Shown here piece after piece: positions 41,884 through 53,313 of a stretch of DNA of 64,000 nt. How positions within the stretch are numbered: position 1 is the stretch's first letter; each line of letters opens with the position of its first letter. This stretch comes from Dimorphilus gyrociliatus (Eukaryota; Animalia; Annelida): positions 3,404,165-3,468,164 of the forward strand of contig CAJFCJ010000005.1 in assembly GCA_904063045.1 (NCBI GenBank), written 5' to 3'. The notes beneath the pieces were generated by a model. It worked only from the letters and a program-made list of their open reading frames with translations. It was not told the origin of the DNA and did no database searches. A program made the position numbers and the translations under genes.

Positions 41884-44583
41884 TTATAATTTCAAGTCTT
41901 CCGATGTAGGCGTCGGTGTAAAAGCAATTTCCGTAGAAGCAGATGTACAACTTTGTATGTTTGCTGTTCTTTCGATGTCGTCCAGTCTTTTCTTTTTCAG
42001 TGTTCTCTTTATGTCATTATCATTAGCATCATGTGTATATTCATACGTAAAGGCTCCAATTATGCCGCCCAAGAGAGGTCCTACCCAATAAACCTAGTCA
42101 TATATGTGATAATAGTATAGAATAACTAAAAGTAGTAAAAGTAAATTAAATTTTCATCTTACCCAATGATCTGTCCAGGAATTGTTTATTAATGCTGGTC
42201 CTAATGATCTGGCAGGATTCATACCGGCTCCGGTGTAATTGTACTGTGAAAATAACAAGGTCAATGACAGTGGTTCATTAAACGCAAAATTAATGCTAGT
42301 CACTATTTGACGTCTATTCCCTTCCCCCTCCTACTCCTCTATATCCTTCTTTTTGACCAAATCTCCCCTCTTCCATATTCTTTGCCCGTTTCTATCAACT
42401 CAATTGTATTTTCTCTTTTTTTTTCAGTAGTCTTAGTCAAATTTCACATCAATAGGCCTACAATCTACTTTATAATGTTCTTCATTAGATGGTAATTGCG
42501 TGGCGTGACGCAGTCGGGCGACGCGGAAAGAAAAACAGAGAGAGTGTGGTGAGCGAGAGAGAGAAAAAAGAGCGTCGCTCACTCTACCGAAATCGAAATC
42601 GATGACGCTGAAGTATCTTTAACTAGTCGATCATGAAAAAAATCAACTCAATTTTCTTAATTTGGAAAAAAAACGATTGCTAAAAATGATTGGATTTTAA
42701 TGAAAGTATTAATGAAAGAGTAAAAAAAAAACAACAAAACAAAACATGCTACTCTTACATCAGCTTAATCAATGTCCGACACACATCCTTTCCAACCTAA
42801 CTCTCCCACCCTTTACGAATAGGCCTCCTTGCTCATCCTTTTGATATAATATTGGGCTGGAAAATATCAGTAATCACTATCAATTACCCACCGTCGTGTG
42901 TGCTTGACAAGCTTTTACGACTAGTATGATTCCTCTTTGCGACTCTATATATATCTATATATGACTCTGAGAAAATAGGGCAAAAGCTGGCGAAAAAGCG
43001 TTAGATGTCGTTATTCCAAGTGGAACATCTATTTTAATTAATACATGCTCTGTCTGGGATTTATTTAATAGGCCTATCCTGCAAGAATATCACCAAATAG
43101 TGTCTCATTCTAGCACTCATTCTTTCTCCCTCCATCCCTATCAGTTTAATCTGTCTAAATACTTTTCTGTCTTTCCGTCTCTCCTACTCTCTGTCCCCCA
43201 CTCTTTCTATCTTTCACTCTGAGTATATTGCGTTAAAACTATAATAAATTACTCTAAGTATTATATAAATATATATAAGAACGATTCGTCCTTGTAGGGG
43301 GAATTCGATTCTGTAGAAGTAAAATCATTATACAAAACGGTATTGGAATGCTTAAATAGGCGACGGCCTTATTTGCAAATCATAGATATTTGAAGACGCC
43401 GGCGTGAGGATGATATTTGCAATTCTAATCGCTTTAATATGGCAATTTGGCATCTTAACTTGCAGAAAAAAAAATCGACGAATTGTCGGTCATTGATCGA
43501 ACATGGGTGCTTATTTGAAATCGATGCCTAATGCGTTTTTTGTTTTCTCTTTAATACTTACGGCGAAAAGATGCGATAAACTCACTCCTAAGCCTATGCT
43601 CATGGGTTTTTGAGTTCTCGAGAAGACTGTTAAAACTAGAAGAAAGGTAGCTAAAAATTCAACTCCAAAGGCTTGGCCAAGACTAACTTCTTCTTGGACC
43701 CTGGTCACGCCTATAGGTTGAATAGAGCGAACTCTGGACGGCGTTATTCCGTAGAGAATTCCGGCACCGGCAATAGCGCCTATACATTGAGAGAGAGCAT
43801 AGACGAACGATCTAAGAATTGTGATGTTTCTTGTAACCAACATCGATACTGTAATAGCTGGATTCATATGAGCTCCGCTAACATGACCTACGCACTGTAG
43901 CATTCCAGTTGCTGACAAACCGAAGGCTATGGACATTTGAAGTTGCGACGTTGGTGTCTCCCTTGACCAAATTAATGATGCCCCACAACCTATTAGCACA
44001 TAAAAGAGGGTGGCTAGAAATTCACACCTGACAGCTTTCCAAAAGGCGAACGATGTCAACTCACTTTTCCAATCTGTACGTAAAGTATATTAATTAGGCC
44101 TAAGTAATAATTTTTTTTTTTAAAACTTTATACTGAATACACGTACTCCATATATATGTATCTAGTATTAGTATAAATAGATAAGCGTATATATTTACTT
44201 ATATAAACTACAAGTTTAATAACAACCTCTCGCTAAATATGACATGATCAAATAGTTAATTTAATATAGATATAATAATATATGGAACATGAACTATATG
44301 CTCCATAGTACTGTATATATGCTTTGCTTTATAAATTGTATATATTCTATGCTATATTTTATATACAAATGGTAATATATGAGAAAAATATATTGTTTTG
44401 TATCTCTTTTAATAACGACAAACCAGAATTGGAATATAAAGTCAATTTCTTCCGAGGGTTTTCCATGGGCATACTGACTCCACAATGTCGACAGCGTTTC
44501 CGTTTTCGACGCTTTTTGCGTCCAGCTAATTCGCAGACATCCAATTTCTCCAGTCTGCAGGTTTTATCGAGGCAAGCAGGCAT
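41884..44583 (-). CDS. Classical (AQP4/AQP1-like) aquaporin with an extended Cys/basic N-terminus
   Basis: [10 protein letters not shown] and [12 protein letters not shown] give two NPA boxes; ar/R filter F-H-A-R. Exons ~44583-44367, 44073-43543, ~42245-42162 and ~42094-41884. The link to exon 1 is inferred from phase. Confidence 0.9.
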
Positions 44584-45325
44584 CTAATAATATCTTTCGT
44601 TTCTCCTCTTCTCCTTTCTTAATAGTCACGCAACTATATGCGTCTTTTCTCTATCTGTATAATTATCCTATCCTCTAGTTGTAAATAATTGAAAAGACGC
44701 CACTTCGAGTAAAACAGTTATCTTCTAAATATGAGAATAGACGGTTGTATGCGCTCATCCAAAGATAATCGAAGAAATCTATTGTTGTATTTTTGTTTGT
44801 CATATCCCGTACATTGTTCGATAAACGGAGAGGAAAACGACGTCGCGAACACGAACATACGTTCAAATTGAAGCAAGTAGCGATCAATGAATGGCGCGAA
44901 AAGCGTCGACGACGGTAGATGTTGCTGGCGTCTGATCACGTGATGCGGCGTCGACTGAGAGATACGTGGGACGGTGAGGTCACAAAGTTGACTGCAATAA
45001 AACACTATGGTTTTATCTTTCGGTGTATTTGAAATCTTATACAGGAGGAAAGAGAGATAGCTAAAGATAGAGGGAGAAAAATGAGTTGGATGAAAGAGAA
45101 CGGCTATGGGCAGATATAGTAAAAGACTGAACAGTAAGCTTAGGCATATTATAGTTAGTTTAAATAAATAATAATTATCACCGGGGCTATGTCAAGTGCT
45201 TGAATATTTTTTGGGTTATCACTGTAAACAATAGAGATTACACACTATCAGTTTTCCCGCAAAAATACGCACTAAATTTTTTTCACTCTACAATTGGTCA
45301 AGACCAAAAGTACTATTAATATCCG

Positions 45326-45350
45326 GTCACGTGATCACTATCCCGCCAAA
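45326..45350 (+). promoter_or_regulatory. E-box/CLEAR-like GTCACGTGAT plus E2F-like TCCCGCCAAA in the promoter between the aquaporin and the orphan gene
   Basis: Both motifs are read directly (45326-45335, 45341-45350). Confidence 0.5.
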
Positions 45351-45537
45351 ACGTAGCGTTGGTGCACTTTTTCATTGTAAACCTAAATCCCGTTCATGCA
45401 AGGCTAAGTGGAGACGGCCAGAGCGGAAGCTGCAGCATATACAAACAGAGACCATCTTCTTTTATAAAACTCAGGATTTGTTTACATCATCGCTGACCGT
45501 CACTTGACCTATCAGGTGCTAATAGCTTCTCGTTGTA

Positions 45538-46152
45538 ATGGCTGGCTGGCAAATGCAGGCACAACTTACAGAAATGCTCTTAGATAGTATAACGTCAAAT
45601 AGAAGGCGATCCGCTAACCATAGTAAGTAAATGGACAATTAATCCTTTCTCTTCATCTAAATAACCGCTTTCGCTATAGGGCAGGCACTTAGAGATATAA
45701 TTATGGAACAACATTCTCCTGCTCCATATCGCCCGGCTCTTACTGAAATATCGACCTCCAGACATCATGTAGTAACGCATAGACCATCGAATTGGCATAA
45801 TATTATTCTTGATACCGAAAGAGCTAGCACAGTGTTAGCTGCGGATGAGGATATTATCCAACAGAGAACTCTGCTTGATCGTTCATTAAATTCGTCTATA
45901 GACGAACGAGCTGATGAGGCTTACGTAGCGGGATCGACTCAAACATCTAGACCAAGTACGCCAATCGTAGAGGAAGCAAACACTAGTTTTGAACAACTTG
46001 AAGTAAACAATAACTCACCATCGACAGCAAAAAGTAAAAAGAAGAAGCGACGGAGCTCTCTTTTGCGTCTAACGAAATCACCGTCACTACCAGTCAGATC
46101 ACCCAAAACAGCCGCTAAAGTTTCTAAGAGAAACGACAGAATTAGTTTGTAA
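45538..46152 (+). CDS. Uncharacterised disordered protein (~185 aa) with a basic C-terminus
   Basis: Exon 45538-45622 (donor gtaagt) splices in phase to 45680-46152; coding-like composition; KSKKKKRRSSLL. Confidence 0.7.
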
Positions 46153-46659
46153 ACAAAAACAAAAACATTTTTTATACAACAAAATCAATTAAAACATTAC
46201 TGAAAAAACTTTTTTATACGTTTTTATACAATAATCTTTATTATTCATCTTATTGTCATGATTCATCATATATACATGCATATACATTGAAAAAAGAAAA
46301 AAAAACAGAAGAAGAGTGAAAGGGAAAAAGATATACATACAAAGTGAAAGTAAACAAAACAATGAAAAAATACGAAAGAAAGTCCGGTGAAAAAAGCTTT
46401 TAAATTAAATTTTTGTTGTTTCTTTTTGTTGAAAAAAAAATGATGCTTTTTTTTTTTTCTATTATCGTTTATCTTTTTTTATAGAAACGTTTTCTACAAT
46501 TTTTTGTCTGCATTTATTGAAGACTTGTACAAATGGAAAAAGCAATTACCTTGATCGTATATACCTGAATATATATACATATATATATGTTTTTTTTTTA
46601 ATATGTCATGACACAAGATATATACTACTTATACGTCTATGTATATATTTGTGATATAT

Positions 46660-46703
<44 letters not shown>

Positions 46704-46870
46704 AAATACAAGGAAAAAGTTATTAGTATGAGAATAAACATGTTTTTTACTTGAAATTTAGCATCTTTATCAGTGTTTTTGTATCCTAGTTAAGAAAAAA
46801 AATCGGTTTGGTTGGTTCAATACGAGAAAGAAGTTGTTCAGAAAAGAATCTTTCACAGGTTTAATAAACA

Positions 46871-48172
46871 ATGTTTAAATACCATCTGATTCTAATCTTT
46901 GGTTTAATTGTGGGAAAAGGGTAAACTCTTTTGTTATCTATTCGATTTTTAATTACAAGTAAAAGATATTGTACGAAAATTTCTATTTTTAGCGTTTTTT
47001 GCGAGGATTATGAAATACGTTGTTGCGATGGATTAGGATGCTTTACGGATGAGCCACCTTTCGAGCATTTACCTGCTCCGTGGTGTCCTGATAGAGTACA
47101 TCCTCAATTTTTACTATATACCAGAAGAAATCCAGATTCGGCTCAAGCAATCGAAAGAGATTATATTCCGTAAGTTTTTATAACTCTTTCTTAGTGTCTC
47201 TTTTTACTCCTTTATACGCATTTTCCATTACCTAGTCCAATTTTCGATGGTAAACGGGAAAAAACCGTTTTTATCGTTCATGGTTATCTCAGTTCGGAGC
47301 ATAATAGTTGGGTAAAGCCACTAATAGACGGATTTTTAAGTAAAGGGGATTTTAACGTTATATTTGTTGACTGGTCCTCGGGTTCAATTGATCCAGGAAT
47401 AGATTATCCTTTGGCTGCTTCAAACACAAGAGTAACTGGGGCCGAGATAGCTTTAATAGCCAAGAAATTGCAGGATGAGAGAGACGTTGATCCGGATTCG
47501 TGTTATTGTGTCGGTCACAGCTTGGGAGCTCACGCTTGCGGATTTGCGGGTAAAAGGTCTGAGTTTGGTAGAATTACTGGTTTAGATCCTGCGGGGCCAT
47601 GGTGGATCGATAATGAGCCTGAAGCTAGATTGGATAAAGGCGACGCTACTCTAGTCGATTGTATTCACACACATGGGGATGGAGGACCAATTATTGATCT
47701 GGGCATTGGAAAAGTATTGTTTTTTTGTCTATTAGTTTGTTGTCTTATTAATTGAAGTTAAACTAATCCTTTACTAATATAGGCTATTGGCCATATTGAC
47801 TTTTTTCCCAACTTGGCTTCAATGCAACCAGGTTGTTTGACTAAAAAACAAGATATTCAAGACGCTATCACCTGCTCGCACCACAGAGCCATATGGTATT
47901 ACAAAGAATCTTTGACGAGCGATTGTAAATTCACAGCAGTGCCTTGCAAGAGTAAGGAGGATCAGCAAGAGGTACTACAGGCCTAATTTTTGTAATTAAA
48001 ATATCCTATACTCTACTAAAAATACGCCCCACGATTATCTTAACAGGGACTGTGTCGGCATTGTCAAGATCCAGATTGTAATTATATGGGTTTTAGAACT
48101 GAAGAATACGCTAATCGAACCGGTACATTCTGGTTAAGAACTGATTCCAAAGATCCTTATTGTGTTTATTAA
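46871..48172 (+). CDS. Secreted pancreatic lipase-family enzyme lacking the PLAT domain
   Basis: Signal MFKYHLILIFGLIVG; FLLYTRRNP; GHSLGAH; RITGLDPAGP; DATLVDCIHT; QPGC...CSHHRA; ends DPYCVY*. Confidence 0.93.
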
Positions 48173-48268
48173 GGATCAGAATTATGCATATCAATACAGT
48201 TTTCTTGAAATTGACACTATTTAAGATAATTAAATAGGCAAAAATTAGTTTAATATTTCGCAACGACT

Positions 48269-48296
48269 GTCACGTGATATGTAGCGATCATGTGAT
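48269..48296 (+). promoter_or_regulatory. Tandem CLEAR/M-box-like motifs upstream of the DUF5054/GH38-like gene
   Basis: GTCACGTGAT at 48269-48278 and ATCATGTGAT at 48287-48296, about 75-100 bp before the ATG at 48370. Confidence 0.55.
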
Positions 48297-48369
48297 TAGG
48301 CAACCTGACAATAATACGATTGAAGGCGTCTTAACTAGCTGGAGTCCCAATCAATTTTATTGTCCAATT

Positions 48370-51300
48370 ATGAGGCTCTTTTCCACCTTTTCTTACATCA
48401 TCGCGCTAGTAAGTAGAGGATTAATACCTAGTGAATGAACTTCACTTTTACTAGTCAGTCTCTTTCGTTGCTTTTGTATATCCTTAATCAAATAGAATAT
48501 TGAATACTTGAATTCTAGTTGTCAGTATTTTTGTTTTCTTTTGTCTCCTATAGGCTTTAGTCTATTCAAGCAAACACCAAACCGTTTATCGATTCGATCA
48601 AGCAAACTTTAAAAGACAGACGGACTTTGTCAAGAATGTCCATATAGTGTTTATGAACCATTTAGGTACCTCCTTTATTCTCATTATAATAATTATGCAA
48701 CAGATATAAAAACCGTCTAATTTGATTTTGTTTTTATTAAAAAAGACGTTGGATACAATGGAATCCCCAAAACAGGCTTTGTAAACAACGTCCTTAACGC
48801 CTATTTCACAGAATACTTTCCCAGAGCAGCTGAAATCGGCGAGGAATTACGACGGGGTGGTTATTTAGAGACGTTTACCTATACTACACATCCTTGGCTT
48901 GTTAGCATGTATGTAGATTGTCCCCCAAATTTGGTCCTATCCGGAATTCAATTGAAGGTTTACAATAACGTTATAGCTTTGTTAAAGAAACTTGTTAATT
49001 TAATTATTGTTGAAAAAGTGTCCAAACGCTACCGAGATCGAAAGGTTTAAGTGGGCCGTTGGGAACGGAACGATAAACTGGCATGCTGTGCCGATGAATT
49101 TCCAAGTCGAAAACGTCGGCCCTGAATTATTTAAGTTCGGTCTGAAATTGAGTCAAGATCTTGACAAAAGATTCGGCATTCGCAGGAAAGGAAGAGTAAT
49201 GAGTCAGAGAGACGTCCCTGGTTAAACAATTCTTCCTATCTAACAAATAATTAGCGTTTCTTTTCATTTATAATGCTAATCTAATTTTAGGCTTAACGCA
49301 AGCTGCAATTCCAATTTTAAGCAGTTTCGGAGTGAAAGGATTGTCGGTTGGTGTTAATCCTATGACACCTCCTCCAGACGTTCCTCAAATTTTTAATTGG
49401 AAGTTTAATAATCATTCAGTAATTGCAACTTGGCATAAAGGTATCAAGCATATTCATCTATAAGATTTTATACAGTTTTAATTTAACATTAAAATAAATG
49501 TATAGGCGGCTATCCTAATAACCCAGGACCTAATCCAGCAAATCCCGGAGGCTTATCTAGAGAAGATTGCGTAGTCATACCAAACTTTCCAGAGGCGTTG
49601 TGTTTTGCTTTCAGAACTGACAACAGCGGACCACCGATAAATATAATAGAAATATTGAACTACTATGAAATATTACGCGTTCAATTTCCGTCTGCTAACT
49701 TAAAAGCGTCAACATTTGAAGAATATTTCCAGCTAGTTCAGCCTATTGCAAATCGACTTCCTGTTGTGAATAAGGAAATAGGAGATGTTTGGATACAAGG
49801 AGTTCAATCCGACACTCGTAAAACACAATTATATCGTCATTTAACTAGAGCATTTGCAAAATGCCTCTCAGCTAGTAAGTAAATAATTCATACAAAAATA
49901 CACTAATTATGAACCAAGAAAGCAACTAAAGATCATAAATATCCTATAAACTTTTATTATACATATACTATATATAAATGTATATGAAATTCAACAGAAA
50001 AATGCGACTATACAGATCATAGATTTTACAATGCCAGTAGATTTCTGATAAAATTAGGGGAACACACCTGGGGCTTAAATTCTGTTTTTGATACGATCCA
50101 CTGGAGAAATGATCAATTTGAAGCAGTAAGAAAAGGTTTAATTTTCTACATTATTCTATTTATATTATTTTTCAGAATCTATCTTATTGACTTTCTTTTA
50201 AAAACATACAGAAAAGAAATCATTGATAGACGGTGAATTGAGTTGGATTGAACAAAAACAATTTGTTCAATTAACTATCGATGCCCTTGGTAATCATAGT
50301 TTAGCTGAGAAGATTAAGAATAATTGGCATGGAATGAGCGCCATTGTACCGGAATTAGAAAGTAAATATAACTAAATATTATAAGAGAAATATGACTATA
50401 ACGTTTCTTTTTTTATAGATTACAAGCAAATTCCCTTGACTAATAACGAATTCCATTGCAAAAACAACATTTCCTTCAAGGTTGAAGCCTATTTAATACC
50501 TTTCATCTTGTCAATTACAACAGCTCGTATAAAATCATTTCATATACACAGAAGATATAAATAAATAAATAAATGAATATATATATATCTATATATACAT
50601 CTATATATATTTATATATATATATATATGTAAATGTATAAAATATAGGTTTTTTATATAAAAAATGAGATTACTACAAACGGAAGTGAGCACGAGTGAGG
50701 GAAGGAAAAAGAGAATTAATTATTAGGTTTTTTTATATGTTAATTTTATCAAATGAGATTTAACGTTTTCAGATCGGCGAAGATGGTTCTATCTCATCAC
50801 TTAAGCGTTTTCAAGTAAATTTTCTAATTTAGTAATTAATTTATATAATTACGTAAATACTAATAATCTATTTTAAACAATAGAATGAATGGTCTAACGG
50901 TTTTGGACGTTTTTACTACGTCACCTACAATGAAACTGACTTTAACAATTTTGGTAAATTGTTTAATTACAACGGCAACAGTGCAGGTTATTCTAAACTC
51001 AATGTCACTAAAAATGCTAAACCTGAAAGCAGAGTTTGGGAAGTTAGCATGTCCGATCTATTTGTTAAAAGAGGTAATGAATTGATCTTATTTAATATGA
51101 CAATCTATTAATTCCAGTTAATTTATTAAGATAATCTCTGCGACGTCTATTCAAAAGTAATTCTTTTAAGCGAAAAAACATGGAATTATTACGGAGCGCC
51201 AAAGGAAATTTGGATTCATTACTTTCAAACAAACAAAGGTTTTCTTCTTTCTTTCTTATGTCCTTTCTATTCTCTTTTTTGTTTCTATTAAGCATTTAAG

Positions 51301-51938
51301 CGTCTATTATTTGAAAATAGATTTACTTTCTTCTGCTTGTAGGCCTACAAATAGAACTGCAACTCTTCGATAAAACGACAACAAGACTCCCGGAGGCTTT
51401 AATGTTTAGTTTTGAAGCGACTCCGAAGAATAATTACAAATATTTCCTGAGCAAAATGGGATCAATCGTCGACCCCTTAAACGTCGTTAAAAACGGAAGT
51501 CAATATCTACATGGTCCGTATCGGAAAAGATATTTCTCAGATATTCTATACTTGGATGAATATATTTTGTAAATATATATTCATCCATCTAAATACAGAA
51601 TATCTGAAATATGTGTATATTTATCTTTTACGTTTGTGCTATAAATATAGTTTTTCTCTGTTTTAATAGCTATCGACAAAGGTATCTATTATGCTGATGA
51701 GAGAAAACAATCAGGTCTACTTATTCGATCGTTGGATGTCTCCCTAGTTTGCATTGAAACACCTAGTCACAAGGCGTCCGTATTTGCTGCTCCTCTAAAC
51801 CCAATTGATGAAAAGATAACCAAAGTTGCCTTTAATATCTACAATAATATTTGGGATACAAACTACATTTTCTGGTATCCGTATGAAGACTCTGATGATG
51901 ATTTTAAATCAAGATATTCTATTGAGTTTCTACAATGA
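48370..51938 (+). CDS. Secreted/lysosomal glycoside hydrolase-like protein, DUF5054 / GH38-N-like family, multi-exon
   Basis: Signal-like first exon MRLFSTFSYIIAL, then VHIVFMNHLDVGY, YTTHPWLV, INWHAVPM, LSQDLDKRFG, QRDVPGLT, GVNPMTPPPDVPQIFNW and FRTDNSGPP. This motif order is as I recall it for DUF5054 proteins. Confidence 0.8.
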
Positions 51939-52096
51939 TTAGATTAAATAAATACATAATTAAATATGTCATAAAATATATTTAAAACTCAATTAATTAA
52001 GTCAAATGTATTGATTATGATTTTATTTCTTTAAAAATTCTCTATCTTCTATAATTTTAATGAAAAGTAATAAAAAATTGGAAAGATACTTTCTAA

Positions 52097-52689
52097 ATGA
52101 ATAATATCTTATCAACTGCGAAGGAATGCCTGTACCATAAGTCATCTATTGATATAGATAAACCTGTACTTTCTATAGATACTATTAAAAATTCTTTGGA
52201 CGGCAAATGCTCGAATAATTACAAGGGGAGAGTTAATGCCAATTTAAGCGATACTGTAAGAAGCTTTGAAGATGATGATCGCGCAGATAAATGTGATAAG
52301 ATCTATTGGAAGATGCCTGAGAGAAAGGATTATTTAAAAGGTTTACGAATGACGTCGGATAGATCAACCCAAACCGATTTAACATGTTTATCAATAATGC
52401 AATTAGATACTTTCTATACATCAATTGCTTTTAAAAAGGATTACAATGGAATCTTCCAAAAGAATAGACCGATACAAAACAATTGGAATAGTGAGAAATA
52501 TACATTTAACCCACATAAAAATGTTAAAAAGAATAATACCAAATTGTAAGTTAACGAAAGTGTTACTTTAATTTAATGGAAATGTATAAAAGAAGTATTT
52601 TCAGGTTTTTTCCTCAATCCCGTAGGGATATTACCTCAAGGATTAGGCCTATTCAAAAGACGATAAATTTCTGTAATGAGAAAGAATAG
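52097..52689 (+). CDS. Uncharacterised protein (150-aa ORF, probably spliced to a short second exon) with a TQT motif
   Basis: ORF 52097-52549. A strong donor (tt|gtaagt) at its end is in phase with an acceptor at ~52604, which stays open to a TAG at 52689. Confidence 0.5.
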
Positions 52690-53313
52690 TAGTAATTTAA
52701 CCTTAGTAATTTTATTTAATGTTTATGCATTAACAAAATTTACATAATTTCTTATTTTTGATTTCTAATAGGAATACTCTAAATGAAAATTAACAGAGTT
52801 ATGATTTTCCATTGATAATCATTTTTGAATTGGTTACAATTGATTTTATGTTCTTTATCACAGTTGTATAAAAAAAAAACTAATTACTATGCTTCCCTCT
52901 TAATTAATTTTTATCATGATTGTCATCGTTATCATCATTGGTCACCATAGCCATCTTCATTGTTTAGCTAAATCAATGCTATCAAGTATATCTTGTAATT
53001 TTTTAATTATTTTTAAACAAAGAGGAGAAGCATCGTTTGTTAGCCAGGTGTAACCACTTAGAATACAATAAGAGTCGACTTAGGTAATATATAGAAGTTT
53101 GTATATACATATATATATATATAAATTTATATATATATAAACATATAATGTCAAATGTACAAAAAGGTAAACTGTCTTAAATTATGCAGGTTTTCTTTTC
53201 AGCTAAAGTAAGAGAAAATAATATATATATATATATATATATATATGAATATATACAAATAAATGTATATACAGCATATGTATAGATAGAATAGTTTTTT
53301 GTTTTTATTCCTC

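Noticed and set aside
41860-41886. AQP4ex-like stop-codon readthrough
   Set aside because: The stop is TAA without the TGA-CTAG context, and another stop follows within 4 codons.
44675-45005. Overlapping ORFs in the CpG-rich region upstream of the aquaporin
   Set aside because: GTG or weak starts and no homology; explained by local GC-richness of a promoter/leader.
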